Assembly: GCF_025526975.1 (NCBI RefSeq)
Contig: NW_026515671.1
Coordinates: forward strand, 558,001-622,000
DNA from: Fimicolochytrium jonesii
Taxonomy: Eukaryota
DNA length: 64,000 bases
Direction of reading: 5' to 3'
Part shown: one piece after another, positions 1-12,008 of the stretch
Layout: each line of letters opens with the position of its first letter
Numbering within the stretch: position 1 is the stretch's first letter
Made by a program: the position numbers and the translations under genes
Notes under the pieces: model-generated
Seen by the model: the letters and a program-made list of their open reading frames with translations, nothing else
The model's database searches: none
Told to the model about the DNA's origin: nothing

Positions 1-246
1 ATTTCTATCAATGTATCAGAGCCAAAAAATGAACCTTAAAGCGCACCAGATCCGTAGGTGGGGTATATACGTGGATGCACAGTAGGGTTTTCCAAAAGTG
101 ACCGCCGCTCCTCGGGCAGTCTTTCCTCCTCCGCTCCTTGCCAGGTCTTTCGAACGATCGGCAGCCAACAGCCGCTCCTCTTCGGCTATCAAAACATGCT
201 CAGCCAATTCTTCGCCATGCAAAACTGCCCCGCAAGCTCTTCATAA
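1..246 (+). CDS. 3' end of an unknown gene (partial, probable last exon ...VFRTIGSQQPLLFGYQNMLSQFFAMQNCPASSS*)
   Basis: Putative intron ending in a pyrimidine-rich ...ttgccag at ~143, followed by an open frame to TAA at 244-246; converges on MED4. No recognisable domain. Confidence 0.25.
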
Positions 247-344
247 GCCTTAAACTCTTCCAGCCGCGGTCAGCAGCCTTCCTTCTTGGGTCCTACTTCT
301 TCCGCTGCCCGATAATCTTCACCGCCCGTCGTACTGGGAAATAT

Positions 345-1780
345 TCAGAAGTCAAGATCCAGTGGATCACCATCCGAGTCGTCATCCTCTCCTCCGAATG
401 GCTTCGTGGCCGCGGCGAAAATATCGTCTTTGTGTTCGTCGCCATCGGGAATGAAGTTGAAAGGTAACACATGCTCTGGTGTCTTTTCTTCTTTGATATG
501 ACCACCAAGGGTAAAGAGTAAGTGAGCAATCCGTATGCCGTGACGAAAACGCATTTGTGCATTGGGGAGGTACCTTTTGCTTCCGGGGTGGTCTGCCGAC
601 CAAGGCCATGGCCTTGCTGAAAGAGCAAGCTCATCCTCATGTGATGCTCCTGTGGAATCGGTGGCTCGTGACCACGACCAAGGACAGGTGCTTCCATTGT
701 GAACTTCGAGAGGCGAATGGCATATGAGGTGAGATCTTCCACGTTCAGACGTTCTGCAGCAGGATTTGTGAATTAGCAATGAAGACCATTTTAGAAGTCA
801 GGCTGCTTGAGCACCTTGGGAGAATCTTACCTGCGGCAGCTGCTTTCGCCTGTTTCAGTGCCGGCCTAGCTTCGTCGAGTAGATCAGCGCCTTCCCGTCT
901 TTTTCGTCCAATCAATCGACAGAGCTCCGCAGTGCCGGCCCGTATATCTAACAATTGCATGTTTGCTTCGTCCACTTCGTCCTGCAACTTTTGCTGTGCA
1001 GTCACTAGGTAACAAAGGAACAGGATCAGATATCCTTCCGCTGATCCAACGCCAACGATCTACGAGAAACTCACAACGTGCAACAAATGCATCCTTCTCA
1101 GCACCTAATGCAAGGAGTTTTCGCAATGTTTTGGTGGGGTGCTCTAGTATCGGCTTACTGGCCCCTGACTCTGTCGAAGACCGGGCCTCCTGCCTTCTGT
1201 CCCTCCTCTCAGTGCACCCAGGAGCCAATCCCTCAAACCCGGCAAATAGCTCGTTCGTTAATCTCAGATACTCCGGGAAAATCCTATACTATGGATGTCA
1301 GATGATGATGCACCATAGTTTCGCACCCGCAGCGCCCAGTCCCCACCTATTTGCAGCATCCAAAACTGAAGTGTCTCCCTTGCGTTCCTTCCTTCTTCGT
1401 TTGATAACCTTCCCCGCTTCCGCCACGCTTTCATTGTTCATCGCCAGCCCATCCTTGGCCCCTGCCGCATCATCAGATGCGTCCTCCTCTCGTGGTCGTT
1501 TTGTTCTTGCAGTGCCCTCACTCCCCGCTGGCGACGAGGTTTGAACAGTCAAGTCGCTGCTACTGCTCTGCAGCGTTGAGAGGAGTTCCGTGCTAGAATC
1601 CGGGATTTTCGATGCCGTGTCTGTGCCCTCAGTACCGGTAAGTGAGGTTTGACTGTCCCGGGCTAGAATCTGACTTGCAGTGTGGTCAGGATATGCTTGT
1701 GGTTGCGCTTTCAAGGCGGTCTTCAGTGCCGCGACATTAGGGGTGTGTGGTGGTGGTGAGACCTTGACCAGAGGTCCCAT
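345..1780 (-). CDS. MED4: Mediator of RNA polymerase II subunit 4 (spliced, about 5 exons)
   Basis: Joined exons give a coiled coil followed by LNVEDLTSYAIRLSKFTMEAP...PPIPQEHHMRMSLL (Med4 signature) and an acidic tail ending DDDSDGDPLDLDF*. Confidence 0.8.
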
Positions 1781-2308
1781 GTTTGTACAGTTATTTCGTG
1801 AGTATTTCTGGAGACGATATCTATGCTTTCATCGATTTGCGTTTCTGGATGCTCAAAATGAGAAGATGCGTGAGGTATGGAGTTTGCGAAAACCGTACGA
1901 TGAAGTTAAAACAAGCTTCGCAGGACCGAGAGAACTCTCCGCATGGTGAACGCTGGTCAACGCGCTGTCAACGCGTCTCCCGGTCAGATAAACCGCGAGA
2001 TAAACCGTCCTCTCCTTTCTGAACGCTTTCGCACAAAAGAAGGAAAATTGGCAGCCCAACAGTAGCCGGAGATGTATTACCAAAACGAAACCGACCTCCG
2101 AAAGAAAGTTGCGACCAATGAAGACCTATACATATGGACAAACGGCTGAGAGGGACTAACAAGAGCATAGTACTCCGATTTGCTGAGCGAACGCCGTAGT
2201 GCATGATATGTGACGGAAGATTCGGGTATATATCGCCCTTCGCATCCCCCTTTTCCTAGCCGTTCTCATTCCAACCCGTCGGATGGGGTCCTCATATACT
2301 ATCAGCGC

Positions 2309-3802
2309 TCAATCGTCGTATTGACCTTTCCGGAACTGGTCGGGGTCGTAGAAACTTGCAGACACAACACGCCCGCCAAAGAATCGTCCGTTTAGTTCGT
2401 TGAGTGCTAATACGAGAGGAAAAGGGTGTTCACTCAGTAAATATGACACACACGCGTTTTCCGACGCTTGGATCAAGCGGATGAACTTGCATTCCAACCG
2501 CAGATCCTTACCTCTTGCGGCACTGGCATGGTCCACAAACTCCACAAAGATTCGGACCGCTTCGCTTTCACCCACTGCGTACGGCAGCTCATACACAACG
2601 CATTTCGTGACCCGTCCAAAGCGTGTGCACTCTTCCGCCGTCTCGTTCTGCAAGTCTGCGTCGACCTGCCCAGGTCCAACCATGTTTTTGAGAAGTATGA
2701 CAGGTGATTGCGATGGCTGTATTGGTCTTTGCATGCGCGATTGTGGATGGGAGTGCGGTTGTATGCTTGCTGGTTTGAATGGTATGAACGGCGCAGATAT
2801 GACCGTGGGACGTGGTTCCGATGTCTGCTGATGTGCGACAGGAGGTGTGGGTGGGACGACTGGTGGGGGGTTCGGCGCGGAGGGCTGAGATAACCGTAAC
2901 CGACGTAGATACGCTTCTTCACCGGAAGAAACGTCCGGTATGGGCTGTGATGGGGTCGGCGGTGCGGCCCACTGTGAACTCGTGGGTGGAGAGAATGCCA
3001 CGGATTCTGTCGTTTGGCGTGGTGGTGAGCTTTGTGAGGAGGAATTGCGAGAGATGTATGCATGACTGCCACCAATTCCTCCTCTCTCGGATCTCTCCCA
3101 ATCTTCATCTTCCCGCCCTGTTCTCCTCCTTCGCGGTGACCGTGATCTCGACCTTGATCGGCTTCGACTTCTCCCCCGGCTTCGATCCCCGCCTTTCGGC
3201 GGATATCTGCCAGAAATCTCCTCTAGCGCCTGTCGCTTCGCATGCTGTTTTCTGCGCTTCGCTTCACGCTTGAACTGATAATAGTCGTTCGGCCGGAGAG
3301 GATCGTAGATGTCCTGCGGCGGTGGCAACGGCTTTCCATTGTTTCCCCCCGCCCCGACGTTTGCCGAGTCGCTTATGCTGCTCAGTTCCTCTCGCAAGAT
3401 CTTTCTATCTGCTCGTTCACCCAAGGCCGTATGATTGGCTTCTTCGGCCGCTTTATTTCCTTTCGCTAGCGCTGCTGGATCCTTTAACGACGCTGCCGCG
3501 TTGGCCCACTTTGCAGCATTCTCCATAGCCTTCGGCTTGCCGACCAGCATCGGTTTCGGCCTGTTGTTCGTTATCGGTTTCCGCTTTATCGGGACCGGCT
3601 GAAATAGTCGCTGGGTAGTAGCCCAACCAGCGGGGACAACCACCTTTGCTGTGGAGGGAGTAACAGACGGAGACGGAGCTGTTGTCGCAGGCGTCGGGAT
3701 AGTGCTCGTCGACTCATTGGGTTGCTGTGAGCGATTTGAATTTGGTGCCGCAGTGTCTTCGGAGGGATTCGCCGCCAACAGAGCGGCGTACAGAGAAGCC
3801 AT
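2309..3802 (-). CDS. SPF45: Splicing factor 45 / RBM17-like (SPF45 motif, RS tract, C-terminal UHM)
   Basis: DIYDPLRPNDY motif, RSRSRS tract, SGEEAYLRR, and UHM VILLKNMVGPG...VRIFVEF...LNGRFFGGR; one intron at 2407-2511. Confidence 0.9.
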   Translation of the reverse strand: MASLYAALLAANPSEDTAAPNSNRSQQPNESTSTIPTPATTAPSPSVTPSTAKVVVPAGWATTQRLFQPVPIKRKPITNNRPKPMLVGKPKAMENAAKWANAAASLKDPAALAKGNKAAEEANHTALGERADRKILREELSSISDSANVGAGGNNGKPLPPPQDIYDPLRPNDYYQFKREAKRRKQHAKRQALEEISGRYPPKGGDRSRGRSRSRSRSRSRSPRRRRTGREDEDWERSERGGIGGSHAYISRNSSSQSSPPRQTTESVAFSPPTSSQWAAPPTPSQPIPDVSSGEEAYLRRLRLSQPSAPNPPPVVPPTPPVAHQQTSEPRPTVISAPFIPFKPASIQPHSHPQSRMQRPIQPSQSPVILLKNMVGPGQVDADLQNETAEECTRFGRVTKCVVYELPYAVGESEAVRIFVEFVDHASAARGKDLRLECKFIRLIQASENACVSYLLSEHPFPLVLALNELNGRFFGGRVVSASFYDPDQFRKGQYDD

Positions 3803-4075
3803 TGGGGACTACCGAAGCTGCAGAGAGTAAGGGATGCGCCTTAAAGCCGGCTTGAGATCGAGTGTCAAAGCCGGTATGATCGAATTTCAGAAGCGCCGAG
3901 CACGCCTGCATGCGTTAACTCCATCCATGTCCAGTAACCCCCTAAAACCGGGTTGATGCCCGACTCTGCGGAACACCAATATGCGGAAAACCTCCATGTA
4001 TTCTACCGAGTCTAAATATACTGTACAATGCACAACCTATTACTCGTTGCTATTGCGACTCTACGGTCAAATGAA

Positions 4076-5906
4076 TCACGACTTGCGTTTGTAGATTCTG
4101 TGTCGGCAGGTTAAGACGAAGAGAGAAGTCAATCAAAAATAACCACATCAAAACCCCCTTCCCTCACGCCGAGCGACCCCTCGCCAAATTACCTGTTCAT
4201 GAAAGTAACAAAGATATCCCTCGGCAGCAAGCTTTCATCAATCTGCTCAATGAGTTCGGAGATCCGCTTGTAGCTGCGGTCCTCGTACTCACGGTAGACC
4301 GTTTCAAGGTGAAGTTGCTCATAGATGCGCTTGACAATGGCCACATTTTCAGGGGACTTTTGCCCGTAGTTTGCCTAGATTGTGGGAGCACGTTAGTGGG
4401 ATCCCCGCAGAATGAAAAATCGACCCAAAACACAGCACTTACATCCAACAACTGCCGCTGTTCAACAGTAGCGCGTTCCAATGCTTGAATGATCAACCAC
4501 CCACACTTGTTGTCCTCGATGTCAGTCCCAACCTTCCCAATGACCTCCGGGCTCCCATAGCAGTCCAAGTAGTCGTCCTGGACCTGGAAATACTCGCCGA
4601 GAGGGAGAAGTACAGCTTTGGCCTGTGCGTAAGCTTTTTCATCGGTGATGGCGGCCAGGCGCATGGCCAGAGCGATGGGAAGGTAAAAGGAATAATAAGC
4701 GGTCTTGTATTCTACTATGTAGGCGTGTCTTTGTGCAGTGAGCTGGAAATGTGAGAAGTCGACCCAGGTGAAATAGGAGGGAAGTTGCACCACATCTTAC
4801 TTTTGAGGGGAGAACTTGGAAAGATCGACATGGTCTTCTGGGGCGGTCAGCAGATCCATCATCTGCCCGAGCTCGGTCTGGTAGGTGACTTCGTGGAACA
4901 TCTCCACAAGTTCGGGGTAGTACGCCTCGGCGCGAAAGTACTTCTTCAGCAGCCGGTAGATGGCGCTTTCGCAGATGATGGCGTCGTTGATGGCAATCAT
5001 TCCAATGTCGGGCTATTGCATTTCAAGAACCGTTTGATCAGTGTTCGCGGCCTTCCTGAGCAAGACTGAGTCTTCACTTACCTGCTTGTACCAGCATGGT
5101 TGTCCGCGCCTTGTGATGGAGCCATCCATGATATCATCGGTAATGAGGAAGAACGCTTGCAGCTGTGATGTGGGGGCAACCGACATGAGTTTCTGAGCCT
5201 TTTCGTGAGAGTCATTCCTACCCAAACCCACCCATTCAACACCCCATCCCAAAACCTGGGCCTTGAACAACTCGTCTTTCGTCAAATCGCGCTTAAACAG
5301 GGACTTCAGCGCAGACGGGACAGTGAGACCGCGGTTGAGTTTGCCGCCCGGAACCGTGTAGTGCAGCATCTGTAAAACCAAATCAAAAGGAACGGTCAAC
5401 GAAAAGCCAGACGAAATGGCGATCGAAGGCTATAGATCAATGACAATTCAAGCAATACCGCACTGCTAGCTACCCTGTACGTCGCCACGCAATCGACTTA
5501 GGCTCTGCTTTGCTATGCTTCTTCGTAATGCATCGTAAGAGTACTCTGATCTTGCGCGTCGCTTCGCTCGCTGCAATGAACCTACGCTGGATACGATTTG
5601 CTTGAGCCTCGCTCCGTTCGGCAAGGTTGTAATGCGTCGTATTCGATTCTCTTTCTCAGAATCCCTCCCTCCACATCCTCCCCTCCTTCTCCAGATCTTT
5701 CCCCTTCAAATATCCCCTCTCCTCCTCGTTCCTTCTCAACTAACCCTCTTGATATGTTCGACACCCTCTTTGGGCACCTTGTAGTTCCCCAAGTCCTGAA
5801 CAATATCCTCCGATATAATTTCGAAGGTCTCCATGAAGGCATTTTTCTCATTGGGTTTCGCTGGAGCCTCCAGGGCCTTCGTAACGGGTGCAGGTGCTGT
5901 AGCCAT
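4076..5906 (-). CDS. ERG20: Farnesyl pyrophosphate synthase
   Basis: GGKLNRG, first Asp-rich motif [35 protein letters not shown], second motif QVQDDYLD, C-terminus RIYKRKS*; several introns. Confidence 0.96.
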
Positions 5907-6343
5907 CTTTCGATAGATGACGTCTGAGGGAATTATAGGTTCGCTGTGAGGTGGTGCTGCTGGTGACGGAGGGCGAAGGACAACTCGGTTTGTTGCAGTT
6001 GCGCGTGAGAGACCTCGTCGGAAGAGGGCCGTTTGACGGCGGCAGAAGAGTGTTTGGACGGATATGATTGCAGGGCTAGCTGGAGGGACCGAGACCCCGG
6101 GTGGAGACACTATATATAGGCGGAGGACTGTGGTCGTGATGCGAAGGCATGCTGTTCCTCTTTTCCATGTCGAACGGTGGTTTGCGAGCGACCCGAGGTG
6201 GCCCGACGTGCTTTCGACGTGTGAGCGTGTGCGCGAGAGGCGCGAGGACTCCCGCGATTGTTGTTGCCTCATTTCCCGAATTGCGGAATTAGACCTCGAT
6301 CTCAAGTCTCCGCACATCTGTACCGTGGGCATACCTCACAGCC

Positions 6344-7458
6344 ATGACGTTGAACCGGATTCTTGTCCCCGTGAAGAGGGTGATTGACTATGCCGTCAAG
6401 GTCCGAGTGACCGGCGGTAAAATCGACACAAATGTCAAGGTACGTTTGCTCTCGATGTTAGTCCGTCGTTTTTTCCATCGCATTGACTAGTGCGCCCTCG
6501 AGACATATGTACAATGGGGATGTAGTCAATGCAATATTGGTGACGACCATGTACTTTTGAGTTCATGTTCTCTGACCTTTCACCTTTCTTTTCTAGCACT
6601 CCATGAATCCTTTTGACGAAATCGCCGTGGAGGAGGCTGTACGGCTGAAGGAAAAGAAGGCTGCAAAGGAAGTCATCGCCTTGAGCATTGGTGGAGCAAA
6701 GAGTACGGAGACTCTTCGGACCGCTTTGGCTATGGGAGCTGATCGCGCCGTGCACGTGGATGTGCCTGAGGGAACGGAAGTCTTGCCTCTTCAGGTGCGT
6801 CGCTAGGTTCACCCGCGTTTAAGGCTTGAGGCAGCGGGATCGCAATTCTGAAAATGAACGTGTGGAAATAGGTGGCTAAGTTGATCAAGGCCGTCGCCGA
6901 CAAGGAGAAGCCGGAGCTGGTCATTTTGGGAAAGCAAGCCATCGATGACGACAGCAGTCAGACGGGCCAGATGCTTGCTGGTCTTTTGGGATGGTCGCAG
7001 GGTACCTTCGCCAACAAGCTTGAAGTTGCTGGCGATAAATTGACAGTCACCAGGGAAGTTGACGGTGGTCTGGAAACTATCTCGACAAGGTTCCCCGCTA
7101 TTGTTACCACGGACCTCCGGTATGTGGCCTTCGATTACTGTTTTCTGCATCGGTATCCCTCTCAGACGAGACTTTCCTGTAGGTTGAACGAACCACGGTA
7201 TGCTACACTACCAAACATCATGAAGGCCAAGAAGAAGAAGATGGAGGTGTTCAAGCCCCAAGATCTTGGTGTGGATATCACTGCTTCAATTGAAACCATC
7301 AACATTGCTGAGCCTCCCAAGCGATCTGGTGGAAAGAAGGTCGAGAGCGTCGATGAGGTATGTCATGGAGGCTACTGAAGCTACATGTTGAGCACATCAA
7401 CTCATGTCGTTCTTCGTAGCTTATCGACAAGCTCAAAAACGAAGCGAAGGTCCTATGA
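6344..7458 (+). CDS. ETFB: Electron transfer flavoprotein beta subunit
   Basis: [68 protein letters not shown]; 4 introns. Confidence 0.96.
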
Positions 7459-7718
7459 GGTGTTAGATCAGTCGATCCTGTAGCTTCGATAGTCCCAGAC
7501 GGTTCACACACTTGACATAGAATCTGATGGTGGCATATAGAACTCTTATAGCCATACGCATAAAAATCGATACCTTGCAACACCTGCTTTCGTTCTATCT
7601 ATATGCGTGCGTGTTCGGACGTGCGGGCTGCGCGTACTTGGCAGTCCGACTTTTAATAAACTTTCCAACTTTCTCACGCGACGAATTCTCGGTGGTGAGC
7701 CTGCATCTTGTTATCAAG

Positions 7719-10700
7719 ATGGCTTCGAATCCACTGAAACGTCCTGCGGACGAGAAGAAGCCGGCCTTCAAAAGGTTCAAGCCGCTATCTACCTTTAGAA
7801 GCCCTCTAACGCCACAAACCCCCCCAGCGGGTGCCAAAGTCCTGAAGAAGACCCCGGCTCCGGCAGGCCACCCTTCAGCCAACTCGGCCGCGGAAACATC
7901 AGAAGAAGTTGTCCGCTGCTACAGCGCTGTGTACAGGAAGCGGCAGCAAAAAAAGGTCAGTTCCCTGGCGAGGGACTTTTGGAACCGTGTCTTATATCAA
8001 CGGACTCTCGTATCATTCCCGTGGGAAGAACAAGACTTGGGAAGGAGGTGAAGCTAAACTGTGCTAGTCTCCGACTTGCCTGTGCTCATGGATACCCCAT
8101 CCGAGATAGATGGAATCGTGGTGATGCGTAACAGCAAGTGTGTCCTCCTTGACATGCAAGCGAAGGAGTAAGTTGCGGAGAAGTTGTGTAGCTTGGCGGG
8201 ATACTCACCCCTATTGTTCTAGGCTGGGCAAAGTAACGTTTGCGAACTCGGATCCATTGTCGGACGGATGTCCTTTGAGTATCGGGCGGCTGGAAGCAGA
8301 GGTAAGCTGGATTTGTGCGTTGCACTCCGTCGCAGCTGTGGTAACAAAATCAGGTCGGGGCCCCAATCCCTTGGGAAAACTATATCAGCGGAAGTGAGTC
8401 GCCTCTCTTTTCGAAATGAGACCACGTGCCTGTGCTGACCAAAAGATGGAATCCAGAGTGCTTTGTCAAGCAATCTTTTGCAGCAGAGCCCAAGAAGATC
8501 GCTTTGGCGGCGAAGACCTTCAAAAGTCTATTCAGCGGTCCAAAGGACTCATCTGCGTCTGCATCCGTCACAACCCCACGTCATAGCCCAGATGCCCCCG
8601 ATGCGTTGGTACGTCTTTGCATATTCATTCCTTGTCGGACTGCTGCTCACCGGACTTTCCACAGGTGATGCCGCGGCCCAAGGACACTGCGTCTAGGTCT
8701 GTACTTCAAGAAGCGCTTGTTGTCCGTCCCAACTAACGCCATCTTCTAGAAAGAGAAATGTGATGGATGTGGTAGTCGATCCGTACATTGCACGTGGGTT
8801 CTTACTTTTCCAGTACGAAAATGAGGGAGTAGACTCCAACAACCGGAAATATTCTTGTAGGACATCTTCGTGCGCACCAACGGCTAGGCGTTACGTTTCT
8901 CTACGAATGCGTGAATCAAATGAAAGGTACGCGGAAATCTCACATCCCGCATGGAGCAGGTCTTTTTCTAACCTTTTGCCGCAGATTACGAGGGAGCAGG
9001 TGCAATCCTTGCAGATGAAATGGGACTAGGTATGCCCAGTCGCAGAGCCTTCTGTTACACGCCCTAGTCGAACTGTGGGTATCTTTGTTCTCCAGGCAAA
9101 ACGGTGCAGACAATAGCACTATTGTGGACTCTCCTGAAGCAGTCGAGCCACGTTGGTGTTCCGCCTTTGAAACGAGGTGAGATTTGATAGTGTCCGTATG
9201 ATCCGTCCGTGGACGCTGACGCCGCGCAGCCTTGGTTGTATGCCCGGCATCCCTTGTCATCAACTGGAAGAACGAGTTCAAGAAGTGGCTAGGTGATCAA
9301 CGCATCCAAGGTAAATGAGGCAACATTAGGCGGCCAGCGAATATCCGGTGTACTGATCTATCTTTTTGCAGTGATGGCGATAACCACTGATTCGGAGGCA
9401 GCGCAGAGCTTCAACGCCGGCCGCATTTATCAAGTGCTGGTGATAGGTATGCTTATCGCTGTTTATGCATGTCAATCCGAAGTCGTTGACTCGATGGTAT
9501 TTTCAGGTTATGAGAAGATGCGATCTTGCTTCAAAACCATACAGGTACGCAAACGGTTCTTCCTCCGGTTGGACGAGTACAGCCTTGACAAAAATCATAT
9601 CGTCCCGAAGGAAGGGAACTTCGACATCGTTGTCTGTGACGAGGGTACGCATGCGCATGGCTCGAAGGTTCAAGATGCCGTGCCGTCATCCTCATCTTGA
9701 AGCGTGCACAACAGGACATCGACTGAAGAATGCTCAGATGCGCACCAGCCAAGCGCTCAACTCTATTAAGACACGGCGGCGCGTCATCTTGTCCGGCACA
9801 CCGATTCAGGTACTTGAGACTTCCTCATTTGCGAGAGACCGGTTTGCCAACACTTGCATTTCAGAATGATTTAGGAGAATTTTACGCCATGGTAGATTTT
9901 GTCAACCCAGGTATGTTGCGCGGAACAACTTAAGGAATCATCGTGGACACTCATTGGAACGCGGATAAGGTCTTCTTGGAACGGCCGCCACCTTCCGAGT
10001 AAGTCTAAGGTACCATGCAAAGCGTTCATACGCAGCGTCTGAATGAAATCATCCAACAGAAAGTCTATGAAGAACCGATCAAGCGCAGTCGCGAGCCAGG
10101 CTGTAACACCACTGAGCTCGAACTGGGGCAAGCTCGTGCGGCAGAATTAAGTCGTTTGACGGAGCTTTTCGTTCTGCGGAGGACGTCGGAAGTGAACTCT
10201 TGCTACCTTCCCGCAAAGCATGAAATGGTTCTTTTTGTCAGACCAACGCCAACGCAGACGGCGATATACAAGCATGTTGTCAGGCTGTATGACCGTACCC
10301 ATTTGACCGACCAGACGTCAACGATGAGCAATGCTTTGAAGTACATCACGGTGTTGAAGAAACTCGTCAACTCGCCGACGTTGGTAATGTGTTTTAGAAG
10401 CGCAAGTTATTCTATAGCATGAGCACAATGCTGATTGGTTTCAATCAAGCTGTCGGAGGAGGAGACTGAGGGCTTTGAACACAAACTAGCAACGGAAAAC
10501 ATGACAAACTCAGGTATATTGTTTGTGCCACCAAGTTCACAGCCCATCGGTTCACTCACTTCCTTCCTGTTCACTCCAGGCAAAATGGATCTTCTCGTCA
10601 TGTTGTTGCATGAGATCCGAACGAAGACTGAGGAAAAGGTGCCCTGTGCTCCATGGCTTGGGTTTCCGGCGCAGAGTTGACCAAGTTCCGTTTATTCATC

Positions 10701-11862
10701 AGGTGGTGATTGTCTCCAATTGGACACAAACCTTGGACTTAATTGAAAGGCTCTGCGAGCAAAAAGGATATGACAGGCTGCGCCTCGACGGAAGCACGGC
10801 GGTGCAGAATCGTCAAGAGTAAATACCTGATGAATACATGAAGATCCTTGCAGTCAGGGGCTCAATGTCGCTTGCTTCTAGTCTGGTCGACAAGTTCAAC
10901 AGCAACGCGTCGTGCTTCATCTTCCTCCTCAGCAGCAAGGCGGGAGGTGTGGGGTTGAACTTGGTGGGGGCGTCTCGCTTGATCTTGTTTGACATCGACT
11001 GGTAAGCCACTTCGGCAGCTCTTGTGATGGAGGCACGGGATAGGCTTACTAACGGAGCGGGGTAGGAATCCAAGTATTTGCCAACAAGGTAGGTTTTCGG
11101 GCCGCCCTATCGAGATGATCCCTTGCTCATATGAAAAGAGCAGCCATGGCCCGTATCTGGCGTGATGGCCAGCGCCGACCAGTGAAAATATATCGATTCT
11201 TGAGGTGAGTCTACCAAACTACTTCGGCCGCCTACTACTCAGACGACTCATTTGCTTTTCTAGTACTGGCACGATTGAGGGTAAGTCTACCTCAGACATT
11301 CTCGCAAAATGCTTACCTTTCGACAACCGCAAGTTCTCACTCTCGACGCAGAACGAATCTATCAAAGGCAGCTTACGAAGCTAGGTCTGAGCGATAGCAT
11401 CATTGATCAAAAAGTTATTATGGACTAAGACTTGTCATTTCCGCGAGTTTTTGACTAACGGTTTCAGTAGGCTACTGAAGGGAACGGGTTCACCGTCGCA
11501 GACTTGAAGAACATCTTCAAGCTCGAGTCCGAGACTGAATGCCTCACTCATGACCTCGTAGGATGTAGCTGTTCGGTAGGTTCCCCTCGCATTCATGCCG
11601 TAACACCGCCCGTCTGACACTCCGAAAGGGCAGGAAAGCGCTTCCCATGGCCTCGGCAATCGACTGCCTGGCTCAACTACAAGAATGGTCGCATATCCCG
11701 ACCTCAGGGGAAACCCCCACGGGAAAACATGAAGAGCTAGCAGCGGCGGATTGCGAGCTCGGAAACCTATTGCAGCGACCTGAGACATCGAGCGTACTCT
11801 CTTTCATTTTTCATCGCGTGTTTGCTCCTGCAGTTCCCACCGCGAGTGCTGAGACTAGTTAG
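7719..11862 (+). CDS. RAD54B: RAD54B/Rdh54-like SNF2-family DNA translocase (about 28 introns)
   Basis: Spliced motifs [91 protein letters not shown] and Zn-site [14 protein letters not shown]54B is preferred over RAD54 on the KTWEGDG N-terminal block. Confidence 0.85.
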
Positions 11863-12008
11863 ATCACACATACGCGCGCGCTATGGGACTTGCAAATTCA
11901 GGGTTCTATGTTAGGTTAGAATGTTCAGTTTTGTTATGTACATGTTGTCAGACAATATAGATGGGGAACTAGAAATTATGTACATGAAAATGGATTTGAT
12001 AGCTTTGC

